From NCBI GenBank assembly GCA_951406725.2, contig OX597816.1, positions 138,756,001 to 138,820,000 of the forward strand: a stretch of 64,000 nucleotides of DNA. The letters are read 5' to 3'. The notes below the pieces were generated by a model. The model had not been told where the DNA came from, searched no databases, and saw only the letters and a list, made by a program, of their open reading frames with translations. A program made the position numbers and the translations under genes. This stretch comes from Octopus vulgaris (lineage: Eukaryota). Positions 27,519-41,176 of the stretch are shown in pieces (position 1 is the first letter of the stretch; every line of letters begins with the position of its first letter).

Positions 27519-27670
27519 TACAATTTGACATCCTGTTACTTATTTTGATTTTATTCACCTTGCTTTGAGCTATGTGGATAATACCGGAGTGACTTGATGC
27601 TTCAACTTAAGTATCTAATTCAACTAAATCTTAATTACTTCCTTTATATATATATATATACATATATATA

Positions 27671-27796
27671 TATCATAATATGTTACATACTAGTCAGATA
27701 ATTGAGTGAATCAAACACATCTCTCGTTAAACGAAGAGATGGTGTTGTGATTCTTCGATCTAACTCAAGTACATATAATGTAACATATTGATGATA
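27671..27796. repeat. ~126-bp imperfect palindrome
   Basis: tatcataatatgttaca / tgtaacatattgatgata ends. Inner gaatcaaacacatctctcgtt / aacgaagagatggtgttgtgattc. Confidence 0.7.
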
Positions 27797-27853
27797 AATT
27801 CTATTTACATAATATTGATCTCTTTCTTTCTTTTGTTATCTTACGTTTTATCA

Positions 27854-27926
<73 letters not shown>

Positions 27927-27934
27927 TATATACA

Positions 27935-28310
27935 GGCGTACGGTAAGAGATTTGCTTCCCACAACATGACCCCATGTTCAATCCAACTGCGTGTAACTTT
28001 AGGCAAGTGTCTTCTATTATAATCTCGGTGACTGCCGTATGAGAGGATTTGGTAGACGAAAACTGAAAGAAGCCTGTCGTGTATGTGTGTGTCTTTGAGT
28101 GGGTGTTTGTGTGTGTGTCTTTGTGTCTGTGTTTGTCTCCACCACCGCTTAACAACTGGTGTTGGTTTTTTACGTCTATATAACACAGTGGTTCAGCGAA
28201 GGCTACTGATAGATTAAGTGTCAGGTTCAAAATATAACTGCGGTCTATTCATTTGACGAAAACTCTTCAAGGTAGTGCCCCAAGATGGCTGCAGTCTAAT
28301 GACCGAAACA
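27935..28310 (+). mobile_element. SINE family A (diverged)
   Basis: Head, core and tail motifs as in 134-690. Confidence 0.7.
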
Positions 28311-29747
28311 ATCAAGGCTCTCTAATTTAATAGAATGTCACTCCTTAGAAATTTTACTGAATATAAAGGATATAATGAGGATTACATAGGTCAAGTAAAA
28401 CTTTTTTCTCAGAAATCGACTGGTTAATCATCGTCAACAAATACGAGATCCTAGTACTAGACAGATCCTACTGAGTGAGTGCATAGAGATATGTGCAGAA
28501 TGTAAGTCTCCAAAATTCCAAGTCTTCCCACTTTACTTTTGTTCAATAAACAAATAAACGAAAAGATACTCATACAAATATGCAAAGCACAACTGAATAA
28601 CATTTGACACAGTGCATTCAACAAGTAGTCACAAACAAAAGCATTCCGCCATTTCACATGTTGAATTTACACAGTCAATAACCTTAACTTTGGGCACAAC
28701 CATGACATTTTCCTACATTACACTAACATCATTTCAATGGAGAACAAACAAATTTGTATGCTCAAATCGATTCATTCAAATCAAATCTATTCAGCCATTG
28801 GATATACTAAAGTTTACAAAGACTCATTTTTTTGAGATTCTCAATAGTCACATGCAGTGAGATATGACATTTTAATTTTTGCATTACTTTACTTGCCTAC
28901 ACTTAAGTACGACTAATAAGATCCCAAACTTCCAACTTCACCTATATTCAACCAGTAGCACAATTGAAACACGAATATATTTACAAAAACTTACAAAGCA
29001 CGACTGAAATAATAACCTACCGCTAATAATAGAGATCTAACAAAATTTAATGATTTCATACAAACAATTCCTGCCCACTCTGCCATTTGACAGATTAAAT
29101 TTAGAGAGCCTCAACTGTTTAGGATTGTTACTAGACACATTCACTCAAACGTGTCATCCTTAATTTTCGATATCAAAAATATTTTCACATGACATTAACT
29201 TAGCGGGGTCCTTACAAATATTTCTAAGCCTAATCGCATGATCATCTTCTATCAATCAAATTATATTCTAAACAAATACTAATTTGAGCCATGTGAACGT
29301 GCGTGGCTTGGTAGTTAGTGTACGATCGAAATGCCATGAGTTCGATTCCCGCCGATGCGCTGTGTCCTTAAGCAAGGCACTTTATTTTACCTTGCTCCAG
29401 TACATTCAACTGGTAAAAATGAGATGCATCTATACTTCAAAGGGTCAGTATTGTCATATTTTGTGTGACGCTGAATTTTCTTGACAACTATGTCAAGAGT
29501 ACGTGTGTACCGTTGATCGGATCAACTAGAGCGCTCATCATTGTAACCGGAGGAAGGACAGTTTAGTTTCAGCTATATTCTCTGCATGAAAACAAGAGAA
29601 TTTTGAAACACTGGTCACATATCCTCACGTCGTTCTATATCATTTATCTATTTAACTTCTGAAATTCAGAAAAGTCTATGAAACCGGCTAAGCGTGTAAA
29701 AAAAAGCCATTTAAAAGACTCCCAGTGCATTTTCCATTTTCTTTTTT

Positions 29748-29810
<63 letters not shown>

Positions 29811-29815
<5 letters not shown>

Positions 29816-30265
29816 ATCCAAACAAGAAAACACAAAGAAAAAACACAACAACGCGAGGACGTGGAACAAGTATAGTGTTATTGGACGCTCAGGAAAGGGA
29901 AGAAAGAAGGAGGATTTAACCTACTTTCCTTAACATGAAACAGACGATAGCCTTAATTCAAAAATAAAGAAATGATACCCACCAATGCGGTGTTGAGCAC
30001 TCATTTTCATTGTTCGAGAATAATGTATATGTATGCATATGTTATATATATATATATACGACCGCATGTGTACCGTTGGCGATTTTTTTCCTCCGTCTTC
30101 CCTTCCTAGGATCTTTCCTTTTCCTATGTTTCTGACGAAGAGCTCCGCTCGAAACGTTACATCCTCCTTCTTTCTTTCTTTTCCTGAGCGTCCAATAACA
30201 CTATACTTGTTCCACGTCCTCGCGTTGATGTGTTTTCTCTCTGTGTTTTCATGTTTGGATTAACT
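29811..30265. mobile_element. Family D element in inverted arrangement
   Basis: 29811-29920 is the reverse complement of ~30156-30265. Flanked by (TA)n. Confidence 0.75.
30128..30162 (+). ncRNA. Minimal hammerhead motif, canonical core
   Basis: gttt-CTGACGA-a-gagc tcc gctc-GAAA-cg-TT-acat. Stem I imperfect in this copy. Confidence 0.6.
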
Positions 30266-30282
30266 AAATATATATTATACGG

Positions 30283-30510
30283 CGGTTACGATGACGAGGC
30301 TTCCAACGGAACAGCCTGCTCGTGAAATTGACGTGCAAGTGGTTGAGCACTCCATAAACACGTGTAACCTTAACGTAGTTCTCGGGGAGATTCGGTGTGA
30401 CACACAGTGTGACAAGGGTGGCCCATCAAATACAGGTGAAAGAGTAAGCAGGGTTCGTCACAATACCCTGCCGGAGCCACGTGAAGCTTTAGGTGCTTTC
30501 GCTCAATAAA
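30283..30510 (+). mobile_element. Interspersed repeat family G
   Basis: cgtgaaattgacgtgcaagtggttgagcactcc also occurs reversed at 36318-36446. Confidence 0.6.
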
Positions 30511-30549
30511 GACTTCTTCACTATTTGTGGATCAAAGGGGTATACAACG

Positions 30550-30900
30550 TCAACTATATAGCATATATGGTGCACCTTGCCCAACACCACTGGGTCCGGT
30601 CTGTTATGCTCTAGCATTTGATTTGTTTGGATTGGGAATTACCAGAGGATTTTGCTAGTCTCCGACTCTGCCACTGTCTGCGGTTTGTGCTCATACCACA
30701 TCTTGCCCCTCACTTGCCTCCACTTATCACAGTTTCCAATCTAGCACTTTCGCAACCTGGTCGTGTCGCCACAACTTGTAGCGGTTCGGAGCAAGTCTAG
30801 GACATTAGTTTTTGATATGGGCAATCGTTTCATCCACTCTAATTCAGACGAGACAGCGGAGACACTTGCTCATTGCTCAGGTTGGCTCTCCACTTCGCTG
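30550..30900 (-). pseudogene. R4/Dong-like LINE fragment (CCHC + RLE), duplicate of 31960-32270
   Basis: Near-identical nucleotide block tatatagcatatatggtgcaccttgcccaacaccactgggtccgg...cagacgagacag. Confidence 0.75.
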
Positions 30901-31564
30901 CCATAACTTGGTCCTGCGCTGCCAGTATAGTACGTATCTATGTATGTACATATATGTATACATACGTATACATACCGGTTGCGCAAATAAATGTTGCAGA
31001 GACGAGTAGCTTCCACGAATCCATATACTTCATATGCATATGCCCATCTGTTGCATACTGTTTAGTTCATGTCATCTTTAATATACTGTTGTCCTTCAAA
31101 TGTCTAGCGTAAATGTCATCAAAAATTAAACGTCACATTTTATTTGGTACAGATTAGACTTCCAGATAATTTATACCATTGAACCTACTTAATTTTGATT
31201 TTATGTATATTTTAACATAATCTAAATCAATTTGTGCATAACTGCTTCTCTTTTTTTTCTTTTCATTCCTGAAAGTACATTCCAAGAAACGTATTTCCAC
31301 TTGTACTGCTCATAACTGTGCAAATTTCTCGTATAGATTATCTCGATAATCTTAGTATATTTTCTCAAATTGAAATCAAGACGTGGATTAATGGAAGAGC
31401 CTCACAAATAATTGTTGGTTGAACTTTCTATAGATTTGTGGGTCTCAATATTTTATTGCCTTTTATCCTTTCGGGGTTGGTAAAATATGTACCAGTTGAG
31501 CAACCAGAGTTGATGTAACCGAGTAGCGCCCCAACCAGGTTTCAGGTCTTGTGCGTGAAGTAGA

Positions 31565-31624
<60 letters not shown>

Positions 31625-32270
31625 CATCCCTTTATCACAGGTTTTGTTGGAGCTCCTGGAGTCTTGCATGCGTAGCGAGCTTACTACCTGAAGTTCTCGG
31701 CACCATGATATTCGTTCTTTTCAGCTATCTGATACTTTCCTGATTATTCTGGTCGTGCCAAGGAGGCATACATTTTGTAATAGTTCTACTGGGCACTCTA
31801 TTCCAATTTCCTTTATATTCCCCCTTGATGCTTTCTGGGATAATCGGTACTATCTTCACTTTTTTGATTTTCCAGAGCCGGGCTATTTCGTACTTAAGAG
31901 GTTTGTATCTATCTTTTTGCTTTCCTTCTTGACTATTCGTGTATCAAATGGGTATGCAGCGCCAACTATATAGCATATATGGTGCACCTTGCCCAACACC
32001 ACTGGGTCCGGTCTATTATGCTCTAGCACCTGATTTGTTTGGATTGGGAAATCCCTGAGGATTTTGCTAGTCTCCGACTCTGCCACTATCTGCGGTTTGT
32101 GTTTACACCACATCTTGCCTCTCCTTAGTCCCAACTTTTCGCAGTTTCCAATGTAGCATTTTCGCTACCTGGTCGTGTCGCCACAACTTGTAGTGGTTTG
32201 GAGCAAGTCTATGGCATTAGTTTTTGATATGGGCAATGGTTTCATCCACTCTGTTTCAGACGAGACAGTC
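31625..32270 (-). pseudogene. R4/Dong-like LINE 3' fragment (CCHC zinc knuckle + restriction-like endonuclease)
   Basis: Degenerate CRL...ETIAHI...C..LA...YK..RHDQVA..LHW followed by ILRDFPIQTNQVLEHNRPD.VV..K...CYIV..A.PFD. Ends in (AAT)n at 31568-31624. Confidence 0.8.
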
Positions 32271-32289
32271 CTCTTCACCCTGCGGTGAG

Positions 32290-33412
32290 GGGGTGCAGGA
32301 AGATACAGTGGCAAGACTGGCCTTCGATCTATTTTTCAACGGTAAACACGAAGGCTGCATTGTCAATGTTAAGGTACGTGCTCTAAGACAAGGGGGAGCG
32401 AAAGCCGCTCGATGGGCCCAAGTAGCAGAAATACAAGGTAGCAACAAGGCCGCAACTCGGGCTTTGATGAACTAAAATTGGCCCATGGTACTCGATTGCG
32501 CGCAGATGTGTGCAGAATTTCAGCAGTTTGGGATAAATGGCAGTCGGGAATTCAGGATGGACTTCAATATCTACCTTAACGGCATGTAACGACTCTCGGA
32601 AGGGGCGGGAAACAGAGTGCTGCGAAATGCTGGTAACCTCGCAGAAATACGGGATGCGATGATGCACAGTGCAGGGGTGTGAAACCACCTGGTTTGGTTG
32701 GTCTATCTTATGAGCTATATTTTTATATGCCCGACTTGTTTGATGCCCTTTTAGCAGACATCTACCGCAACTGACAGTAGAATGAGAGAAATCCCAATTC
32801 TGTGGGTCAAGGAGTGGTAGCACTACAAAGAAAGGACCCAAACAAGGCGGATCAATTGGAAAATTTCAGACCCATAACTCTGCTGAAGGCAAAGTGTCCA
32901 ACGTATTGGCAAAGAAGTTGACGCTTGTCATCGAGGAACTGATTGGTGATGCGCAAACATGCGAAATTCCAAGCAGATTTATCAACGGTAACCGCCACCT
33001 CGAGCAAAGCATCATAGACAGGATAGTTAAGGAACCTGGCATGGGTGGGGCCTTGATCAATTTGGATCTATCTAAAACATCCGATAGGGTCAACCACCAA
33101 TACTTGGCTGCTGTTGTCACGGCGGCCGGTTTCGGTCTAGTTTTATGTGGATGGATAGCTGCAATGTACAGTGACATCTGTTCGGTAGTTCGGGTGAATG
33201 GTTACCTATCGGAACGATTCAACATCATGCGTTCGGTTCGTCAAGGGTGTACCATCTCGTCTCTTCTGTATGTACTGGCTCTTGAACCATTACTGCAGAA
33301 ATTGGAGGCATTGAGAGGCATCCCGCGTGAACTAGGACGTGGAAGAACCGTATCAGTATATGCAGACTACGTCAACGTCATGCTGCCGAACAGCAGGCAT
33401 ATAGACTTGGTC
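32290..33412 (+). pseudogene. Tx1/L1-clade reverse transcriptase fragment
   Basis: ORF 32894-33457: LAKKL...QTC.IP.R.I..N...GALINLD.SK..DRV.H.YL...GFG...WI..MY...VRVNG.LS..F...RSVRQGC..S.LLYVLALEPLL...YADY (decayed YADD). RT motifs 2-5. Confidence 0.9.
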
Positions 33413-34193
33413 GGCAATCAAACTCCTTCCAATATCGATCTGATAAGTTGCAGATAATTTTGCTTTTATTTAAACCTATCAAGCAGACTTTAAGCGAGAA
33501 GCATACCAGCCGAGAGTTCCCGTGTTTTATTATTTTTATTTCCCCGTTACTGACTGTATAGAACCACTTTGTCCAATAAGTCCATCTCTCTAGCATAAGG
33601 GATTATTTCATGGAATTATGCCTACTGTTTTGAAACACAATCTACAACGTAGATACTTCTTCAGCTCTCAATGACAAGTGAAATATAGAAAAACTGTGAG
33701 AAAGTCCTTTAGCTACTATAAATAAGTTTGAACTGTCGTACTAATGACCCCTATTGAGACAGAAATACGTGTTCTCTTCTATTATATCAAGACATTAAGC
33801 TTGTTCTTTTCCTTCATGTCATATCAACATTGGATAATCCTCGTTTCTAGAGATTATCTCCCTTCCTCATATGGAGCTGGTCTTAACTGCTATTTAGTAT
33901 TTATGACACATCCTCCAGAGGCGGAGATTATTTTAATAAATCAAGGTTTTATATTGCCTGGTTTTAGATATACCTATATTTGTCTATGTTGTTCAAATGT
34001 AAGTCGTCGACCTCACAGAGTTATTTCTCTTAGCTCAGTTTTGTTCTATACTGGTTAATTGCTTCGAGAGAAAAAGAATACGCCATTTTCGATACATTTG
34101 AGCTGCAACGTAAAGCAAAGGATATTGTGTTATAAATAATTAGCCTGTAACACATGGCACCACAAACAGTTATCGTTGTAGTAACATCCTCAT

Positions 34194-34267
<74 letters not shown>

Positions 34268-34416
34268 ATATATGTGTGTAAGTTTATATACACATAAACC
34301 CCCAAACACACACATATATACATACAAATATACATATAGATGCATACAAGTAAAAATGTAGCTATCATCGTTTGTCATTATTTCTTCGTAATTTTCTTTC
34401 TTCTTTCTTTTCTTTG

Positions 34417-34449
<33 letters not shown>

Positions 34450-34956
34450 CTTGTTGTCGCCATAAATACTGAGTTTAGCCGAACGTAAAATATAAATGTT
34501 TTTTACACTCGATAAACGCGAAATAAGAACATTCTCTGTACGATAAATTGGTGTACACTAAATAGAACTGGATATCTTTCGGGGTAAATTGTTATTAATC
34601 ACCAAACCTGGCTTTTATCATTACAGAAACATGCGATGAAAATGAGCAATAGAAAGTTGTGTTCCAATTTCTCTAATTTCAGTCTCAGTCTTCACACATA
34701 CTTCTTATTTCTTCACAGCACTTGTACGAAGTGTTATTTTACGTATTCTATTAACTATTTTGGTGGAGGTCGGCATACAACCAAGTTATTTTCATGAGAT
34801 TTTAAGTCTTTTCTTAATTTCATTACCTGCAATTCTTTTCTAAACATAGTCCAGGCCGATGTGTGTGTGTGTGTGTCGTTTGTAGAAAACATAAATGCGG
34901 AGAAGCACACTCTAAGATTTAGAGCAGTTAATATTATAATAGGTTAGGCCGGTTTA

Positions 34957-35019
34957 TGGGGTCACCATGGGTTTCTCGCTCATAAGGAGTTAAGCCTTAC
35001 GGCGTATCTTCAGACCCCA
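34957..35019 (-). ncRNA. Type I hammerhead motif in PLE 3' pseudo-LTR (G at position 17, probably inactive)
   Basis: tggggt-CTGAAGA-ta-cgc..taagg cttaact cctta..gcg-a-GAAA-cccatgg-TG-acccca. 6-bp stem I. Confidence 0.75.
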
Positions 35020-35224
35020 AACGCTGCTGGCCTGAGACCTCTTTAAAATACGGAGGGGGGAAAACTCTCGTTTTTAAGGGTGAAACCCTTTGCCATTGTC
35101 TATCGGTCTTCGGCCGCGCAGTCATCTTGCGGTCACCAAAGCACCACGAAGGTAAACTATTGCCTCCCTTCGGCCTTGGTTATTGGTTTCCGGCTGTGAT
35201 GCCGCCCTTCCGATTTCAAAAAGC

Positions 35225-35545
35225 CAGCAGGAATTTTTTAAGATGGAAGCTTTTCCGAAAATCTCTGCCCTGGAGTTCAGGACGCTCCCTAGCACGAGCG
35301 AGTCTTTAAGGATCCTTGTGCATTCGGCAATGCATAAGTTTCAACGTTTCGTCCCGTTCATGTAGGGGCCAGGTTTCTCGATTATGGAATCTCTTCATCT
35401 TGTAATTGCCAGATATGGGTGGCCAGCGATGTCATGTGTCTCCTTTCCGAGGCTCTGAAGGAGGACAGATTATTGGAAATACGTTGTTCGAGAGATTTCC
35501 CAGAGCATCCCACGTACTTCTGTAGGCAAGCGATGTTGCACCTAT
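35225..35545 (-). pseudogene. Penelope-like element GIY-YIG endonuclease C-terminal fragment
   Basis: KYVGCSGKSLEQRISNNLSSFR....HMTSLATHIWQL, then frameshifted IIEKPGPYMNGTKR*NLCIAE..RIL......LNSRAEIFGK..HLKKFLL. This matches the PLE GIY-YIG pattern YIG...R...H..SF...T.L..HIW / C.LC..E / LN.R.E...C.H..KF. Confidence 0.85.
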
Positions 35546-35604
35546 TGCTGTTATAGGTGCTGTTGTTGTTGGTGTTGTTGTTGCTGGTGTTGCTGCTACC
35601 GTTG

Positions 35605-35679
<75 letters not shown>

Positions 35680-35681
<2 letters not shown>

Positions 35682-35844
35682 TGTAGGCATGGCAGTGTGA
35701 CAAGAAGCATGGTTGCAAACCACATGGTTCCGGGCTCGGTCCCACTGCGTGGCAACTTAAGCATGTGTCGTTACTATAGTCTCGGGCCGACCAAAGCCTT
35801 TTTGGGCGGATTTGGTAAACGGGAACTGAAAGAAACCCACCGTG

Positions 35845-35888
<44 letters not shown>

Positions 35889-36125
35889 TGTTTGTGTGAA
35901 TGTATGTATGCATATATCTGTGTGTATGTCTGTGTTCCCCCCCCCCCCCGCCATCGCTTGACAACCGATGCTGGTGTGTTTCTATGCCCGCAACTTAACA
36001 TTTCGGCAAAATAGACCTATAGAAGAAGTACTATGCTTACAAAGAATGTCCTTCGGGTCGATTTCTTCTACTAAAACCCTTTAAGGCGGTTCTCTTGTAC
36101 GTCCGCAGTCAAATGACTGAAGTAA
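35680..36125 (+). mobile_element. SINE family A
   Basis: Full-length copy with internal (TG)n. Confidence 0.8.
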
Positions 36126-36460
36126 GTATTATATTGTATTACATATATTAGTGTCTAGGTGTGTTTAGACATCCATGCTGAGTTAGATTTAAGCAATTAA
36201 GTTGATGGATATGCTAATATATTTCGTTTGTATCTTTGTAATAATTCATTATTGATTTTACAAAATGTGTAAAGTCGCTCAAAGAAACTTGTGTCTCAAA
36301 CACTCAAATTTACGCTACGTGACACACTCTGTATCACGCTGAATTTCCCTGAAAATTAGGTTAAGGCTACACGTGTCCGTGGAGTGCTCAGCTACTTGCA
36401 CGTTAATTTCACGATCAGATCGACTGGAACTCGTGTCGTCGTAACAGACTATGTGCTTTA

Positions 36461-36493
<33 letters not shown>

Positions 36494-37107
36494 TTGTTGT
36501 TGTGTGTGTGAGAGAGAGAGAGAGAGAGTGTGTCTCTGTGTATATATGTATGCATGCATATTTATGCATATATGCAAGTATCTATCTGCTATGTGCATAT
36601 CATAACGTGTCTTTGTAGTTGAGTGTATTTGAGTGTAAATAGTAATGCAAAATGCAAAATGCTCGGAGACATACATACATGCATACGTATATGCATACAT
36701 ACATACATACATACATATATAAGCACTTGTTCACTACATATGAGTGAGGATGGCCAATATTCAGATGATCTCGTGACACAATAAGGAGCTGTCAGTTGAA
36801 ATTTGTGTCAAGTTCTAAGTGCTTGTGAAACAAACTGTCAGAATGTATTCCAGTATAACTGAGGGGTTTTTTAATTTTTTTTTCAAATCATCAAACTATA
36901 ACTAAATGAGAAATTAGAAAAGGACTGGAAAAAAAACAAACAAACTGAAAAGTCGCTCTTATATCGGATGAATTATAACTATCCTTATGAACTTATGACG
37001 TTCTGACAGGGAGCAAAGCGGCATCTGGAAGTCAGAATCTTGCCATACAATAAGACACTCATAAGAATAAACTTGAGCTTCCCTGGGACTGATATGCGTT
37101 CCATGTG

Positions 37108-37144
<37 letters not shown>

Positions 37145-37522
37145 GTGTGTGTGGGGGGGGGGGGGGGTGCACGCGCTAGTGTATCTGTGTGAGTGTTTTT
37201 TTTCTGGTGTGTGCATGTCTATGCATATATATATATATATATATATTAATGCTTTTCTTATCTATGCGTGTGTGAGTATACACAAATGCAAGAATGTGCA
37301 TACTTGCACATACGCACACACATACGCACACACACATGCACATACACACATACACACGCACGCGCAAGTACACGTACAGACACACACATCTTTGTACATA
37401 TATTTCTCCTCTCCTTTCTCAAAGAATAAATCCTGGTGTCGATTTGTTCGACTAAAGGCGGTGTTCCACCATGGCCGCAGTCAAATGACTGAAACAAATA
37501 AAAAAATAAAAGAATATATATG

Positions 37523-37640
<118 letters not shown>

Positions 37641-37766
37641 TTAGGGAATAAATCCAAATTTACAGGGAAAAAAATCAGATTTAGGATTTATTTATTTATT
37701 TAGGATTTAGATTTATTGATTAAGTCTTTCCTTGTTTGTTTTGCAAAATAGTGGTTTTGTCTCTAA

Positions 37767-37846
<80 letters not shown>

Positions 37847-37850
<4 letters not shown>

Positions 37851-38139
37851 TTAAACACAAAAGAGGTATCCATCATAGGACTCCTAGCACGCTAGAGAGG
37901 GCAGTTAAATTCCAAACAACTATTAGGGTTAAAATTCCGAATGGAATGAAAAAATAAAAAACATTTACCGTCCAACTCCAGGACCAAAAAGTCTGAAACC
38001 ATTGGTCCAGGAGTTGGATGGTAAATGTTTTTATTTTTCATTCCATTCGAAACTTTATCCCTAATAGTGGTTTGGAATTTAACTGTCCTTTCTAGCGTAC
38101 AGGTAGTCCTATGATGGATACCTCTTTGCGTTTAAATGT
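37847..38139. mobile_element. Fold-back element beside (TA)n
   Basis: Arms 37847-37987 and 38002-38139 are diverged reverse complements with a 14-nt spacer. No HHR core seen. Confidence 0.8.
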
Positions 38140-38485
38140 GCACTGTATTTATATGAATAATATATAGTCTATTGACTAAATTTTTTTAACACGCTAGGCC
38201 ACTGGTAATGGAAATTTCTAATATTTCTGATTACCCTTTGATATTATTAATTATATATGAATTATATATGTATGTATGTATGTATGTATGTGTGTATGTA
38301 TGTATGTATGTATGTATGTATGTATGTATGTATGTATGTATGTATGTATGTATGTAGGTATAAGTAAATATTAATATTTAGCAGAAGCAGCAGAGTGACT
38401 CAAGGTTGGAGAGCAACGTGCGTTGCCACAGTAAAAGTATACACATACTCATTTTGAGTTCTACTTTTTCCTCTTTGCATCAACA

Positions 38486-38532
<47 letters not shown>

Positions 38533-38533
38533 A

Positions 38534-38568
<35 letters not shown>

Positions 38569-38569
38569 A

Positions 38570-38618
<49 letters not shown>

Positions 38619-38670
38619 GTCTGTCTGTCTGTCTGTGTGGGTGGGTGTGTGTGTGTGTGTGTGTGCCTGC

Positions 38671-38701
<31 letters not shown>

Positions 38702-38832
38702 CAATACTGGCGAGTAGTGAGAATGAGTACTCAACACGGCATTTGTGACTAATTACTTTCATTTAGTTGCAACATTAGCGGGACGCTTAGTAATTGGGAC
38801 TTACCTCATACAACCCTTGGCAGCATAGTATG

Positions 38833-38985
<153 letters not shown>

Positions 38986-39696
38986 AGCCCATCAGTAATG
39001 GCAATTGTCTCTGGCAAAGACATACATTCCAGCTCCAACAGCGTCGGAGGGCAAAGACAATTTAACAGACCATTATTTCTAAACCCGAAGAAAGAGTTTT
39101 GTAATGAAATAAACATATACGTATGTAAATTGGAATCAGGATATCAGGATAATGAAACGCATATTTGACGAATGTATTATGCACAGTAATCACATGCACG
39201 TACGTATACACATCCAATATATCTCTGTAGATAATTATATATATATATAAACGCTTATACACGTAAGATATATATATATGCATTTGTTCCGGTGTATGTT
39301 TTTTCTGGGTGTGCGTGGGAGGTTTATATTGTGTTCATGGAATTCTCTTTATATCTTATTTAGTTCTCCTGCTCTTTGTCTTCTCCCCTTAACTTTCTGC
39401 CTATCAGTATCTTACTACATGTGAGCGTAAAAAGGCATACAAACATGAAGACACACCAACATACCAACTCAGACATTTTCATGCATACATGTACACATTA
39501 TAGACACACACAAATGCACAAACACAAAGGCGCTTTCACATATGTATGTAAACTTACAAAACAGAAACTAGATAAAAGGATCCAGGTCACTGTATATGCA
39601 AATACAAACATACATAGACACATACGTACATGCATGTATACATGCATACATACACACACATATATGTGGATAAGCATATATATATATATCACTTAT

Positions 39697-39844
39697 AGGC
39701 GCAGTAGTGGCTGTGTGGCAAGCAGCTTGCTTACCAACCACATGGTTCCTGTTCGACATCTTGGGCAAGTGTTTCTACTATAGCCTCTGGCCGACCAAAG
39801 CCTTGTGAGTGGATTTTGTAGACGAAAACTGAAAGAAACCCGTC

Positions 39845-39890
<46 letters not shown>

Positions 39891-40185
39891 CCCAGTAGTT
39901 AGGGCAGCGGTCTCGCGGTTACAGGATCGCGATTTCGATTCCAAGACCGGGCGTTGTGAGTGTCTATTGAGCGAAAACACATAAAGCTCCACAAGGCTCC
40001 AGCAGGATTTGGTGGCGATCCCTGCTGTGCTCCTTCGCCACAACTTTCTCTCACTCTTTCTTCTGTTGGCCTGCTCGCCTAGCCAGCGGGGTGGCGTCAT
40101 TTGAAGGCTAAAACAATGTAAAGCGCATTGTGACCAGCGATGTGTAGCAATATCTGATAGCCTGGTCGGTCACGGTGATCAGTGT
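39697..40185 (+). mobile_element. SINE A 5' half followed by another tRNA-headed SINE
   Basis: 39697-39846 is family A. 39895-40185 has gatttcgattcc B-box and the gagcgaaaacac..aagctccac block shared with 51700-51960. Confidence 0.65.
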
Positions 40186-40254
40186 GATATATGTATGTGC
40201 ATTTATAAATATATAGACACATTTATGCATGTATAATATGTGTGTGTGTATGTG

Positions 40255-40701
40255 TATTCTTTTATCTGCTTCAGTCATTTGACTGCACGGCCTTTAGTCA
40301 AAGAAATCGACGCGAAGACTTATTTTTGTAAGTCTAGTACTTATTCAATCGGTCTGTTTTGCCGAACTGTTAAGTTACGGGGACGTAAACACACCAACAT
40401 AGGTTGTCAAGCGATGGTGCGGGCAGAAAAACAGTTGCTTTCTTCAACTGAATACACGTCGTTGGTTAAAATTGCCCAACTACGACAATTTTAACACGAA
40501 ATAACTCCTAAAATACGAAATGTTGTCCAAAATGTTGAAAGTGAACCGTGTTCTGCATGAGAAATTACATCAGTATACGAAATTTCAGACTGTTTAGTTA
40601 AAAATAATTAAAATATCTGTGAGCCAAACTGAACAAGTCTCACAAACATACATACATACATACATACATACATACAAACATACATACATACATACATATA
40701 C

Positions 40702-40784
<83 letters not shown>

Positions 40785-40920
40785 AGCGGACTTTTTTCTA
40801 TTTTCGTCTGCCAAATCCACTCACAAGGCTGCAGTCCGCCCCGGGCTATAGTAGAAGACACTTGCCTAAAGTGCCACACAATGGGATTGAACCCGGAACT
40901 ATGTTGTTGGTAAGCAGGCT
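40255..40920 (-). mobile_element. Split SINE family A pieces
   Basis: 3' part at 40255-40425, 5' part at 40785-40920. Confidence 0.65.
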
Positions 40921-41079
40921 ACATATGTGTGTGTGTGTGCACACATGTACATGTATGTATGTATATATTGATTGATTGATTGATTCTAGTTTCAGCTTAT
41001 GAGCTGTGGCCATGCTGGGGCTGTATACTTTTCATTATGTACGTAATATATAATCATATTTGTAATACATGCATGCAAT

Positions 41080-41142
41080 ATATTAATATACATATACACT
41101 TACATACATGCAATCACCCACGCGCATATATACATACATACA

Positions 41143-41176
<34 letters not shown>

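Larger units (their letters stand above)
26920..27541. mobile_element. Older diverged fold-back element, PLE pseudo-LTR-like
   Basis: Arms ~26920-27065 and ~27400-27541 are diverged reverse complements, each with an HHR motif. Confidence 0.8.

Noticed and set aside
33620-33670. Minus-strand CTGAAGA plus hairpin atctac-gtt-gtagat
   Set aside because: No GAAA and no stem I partner.
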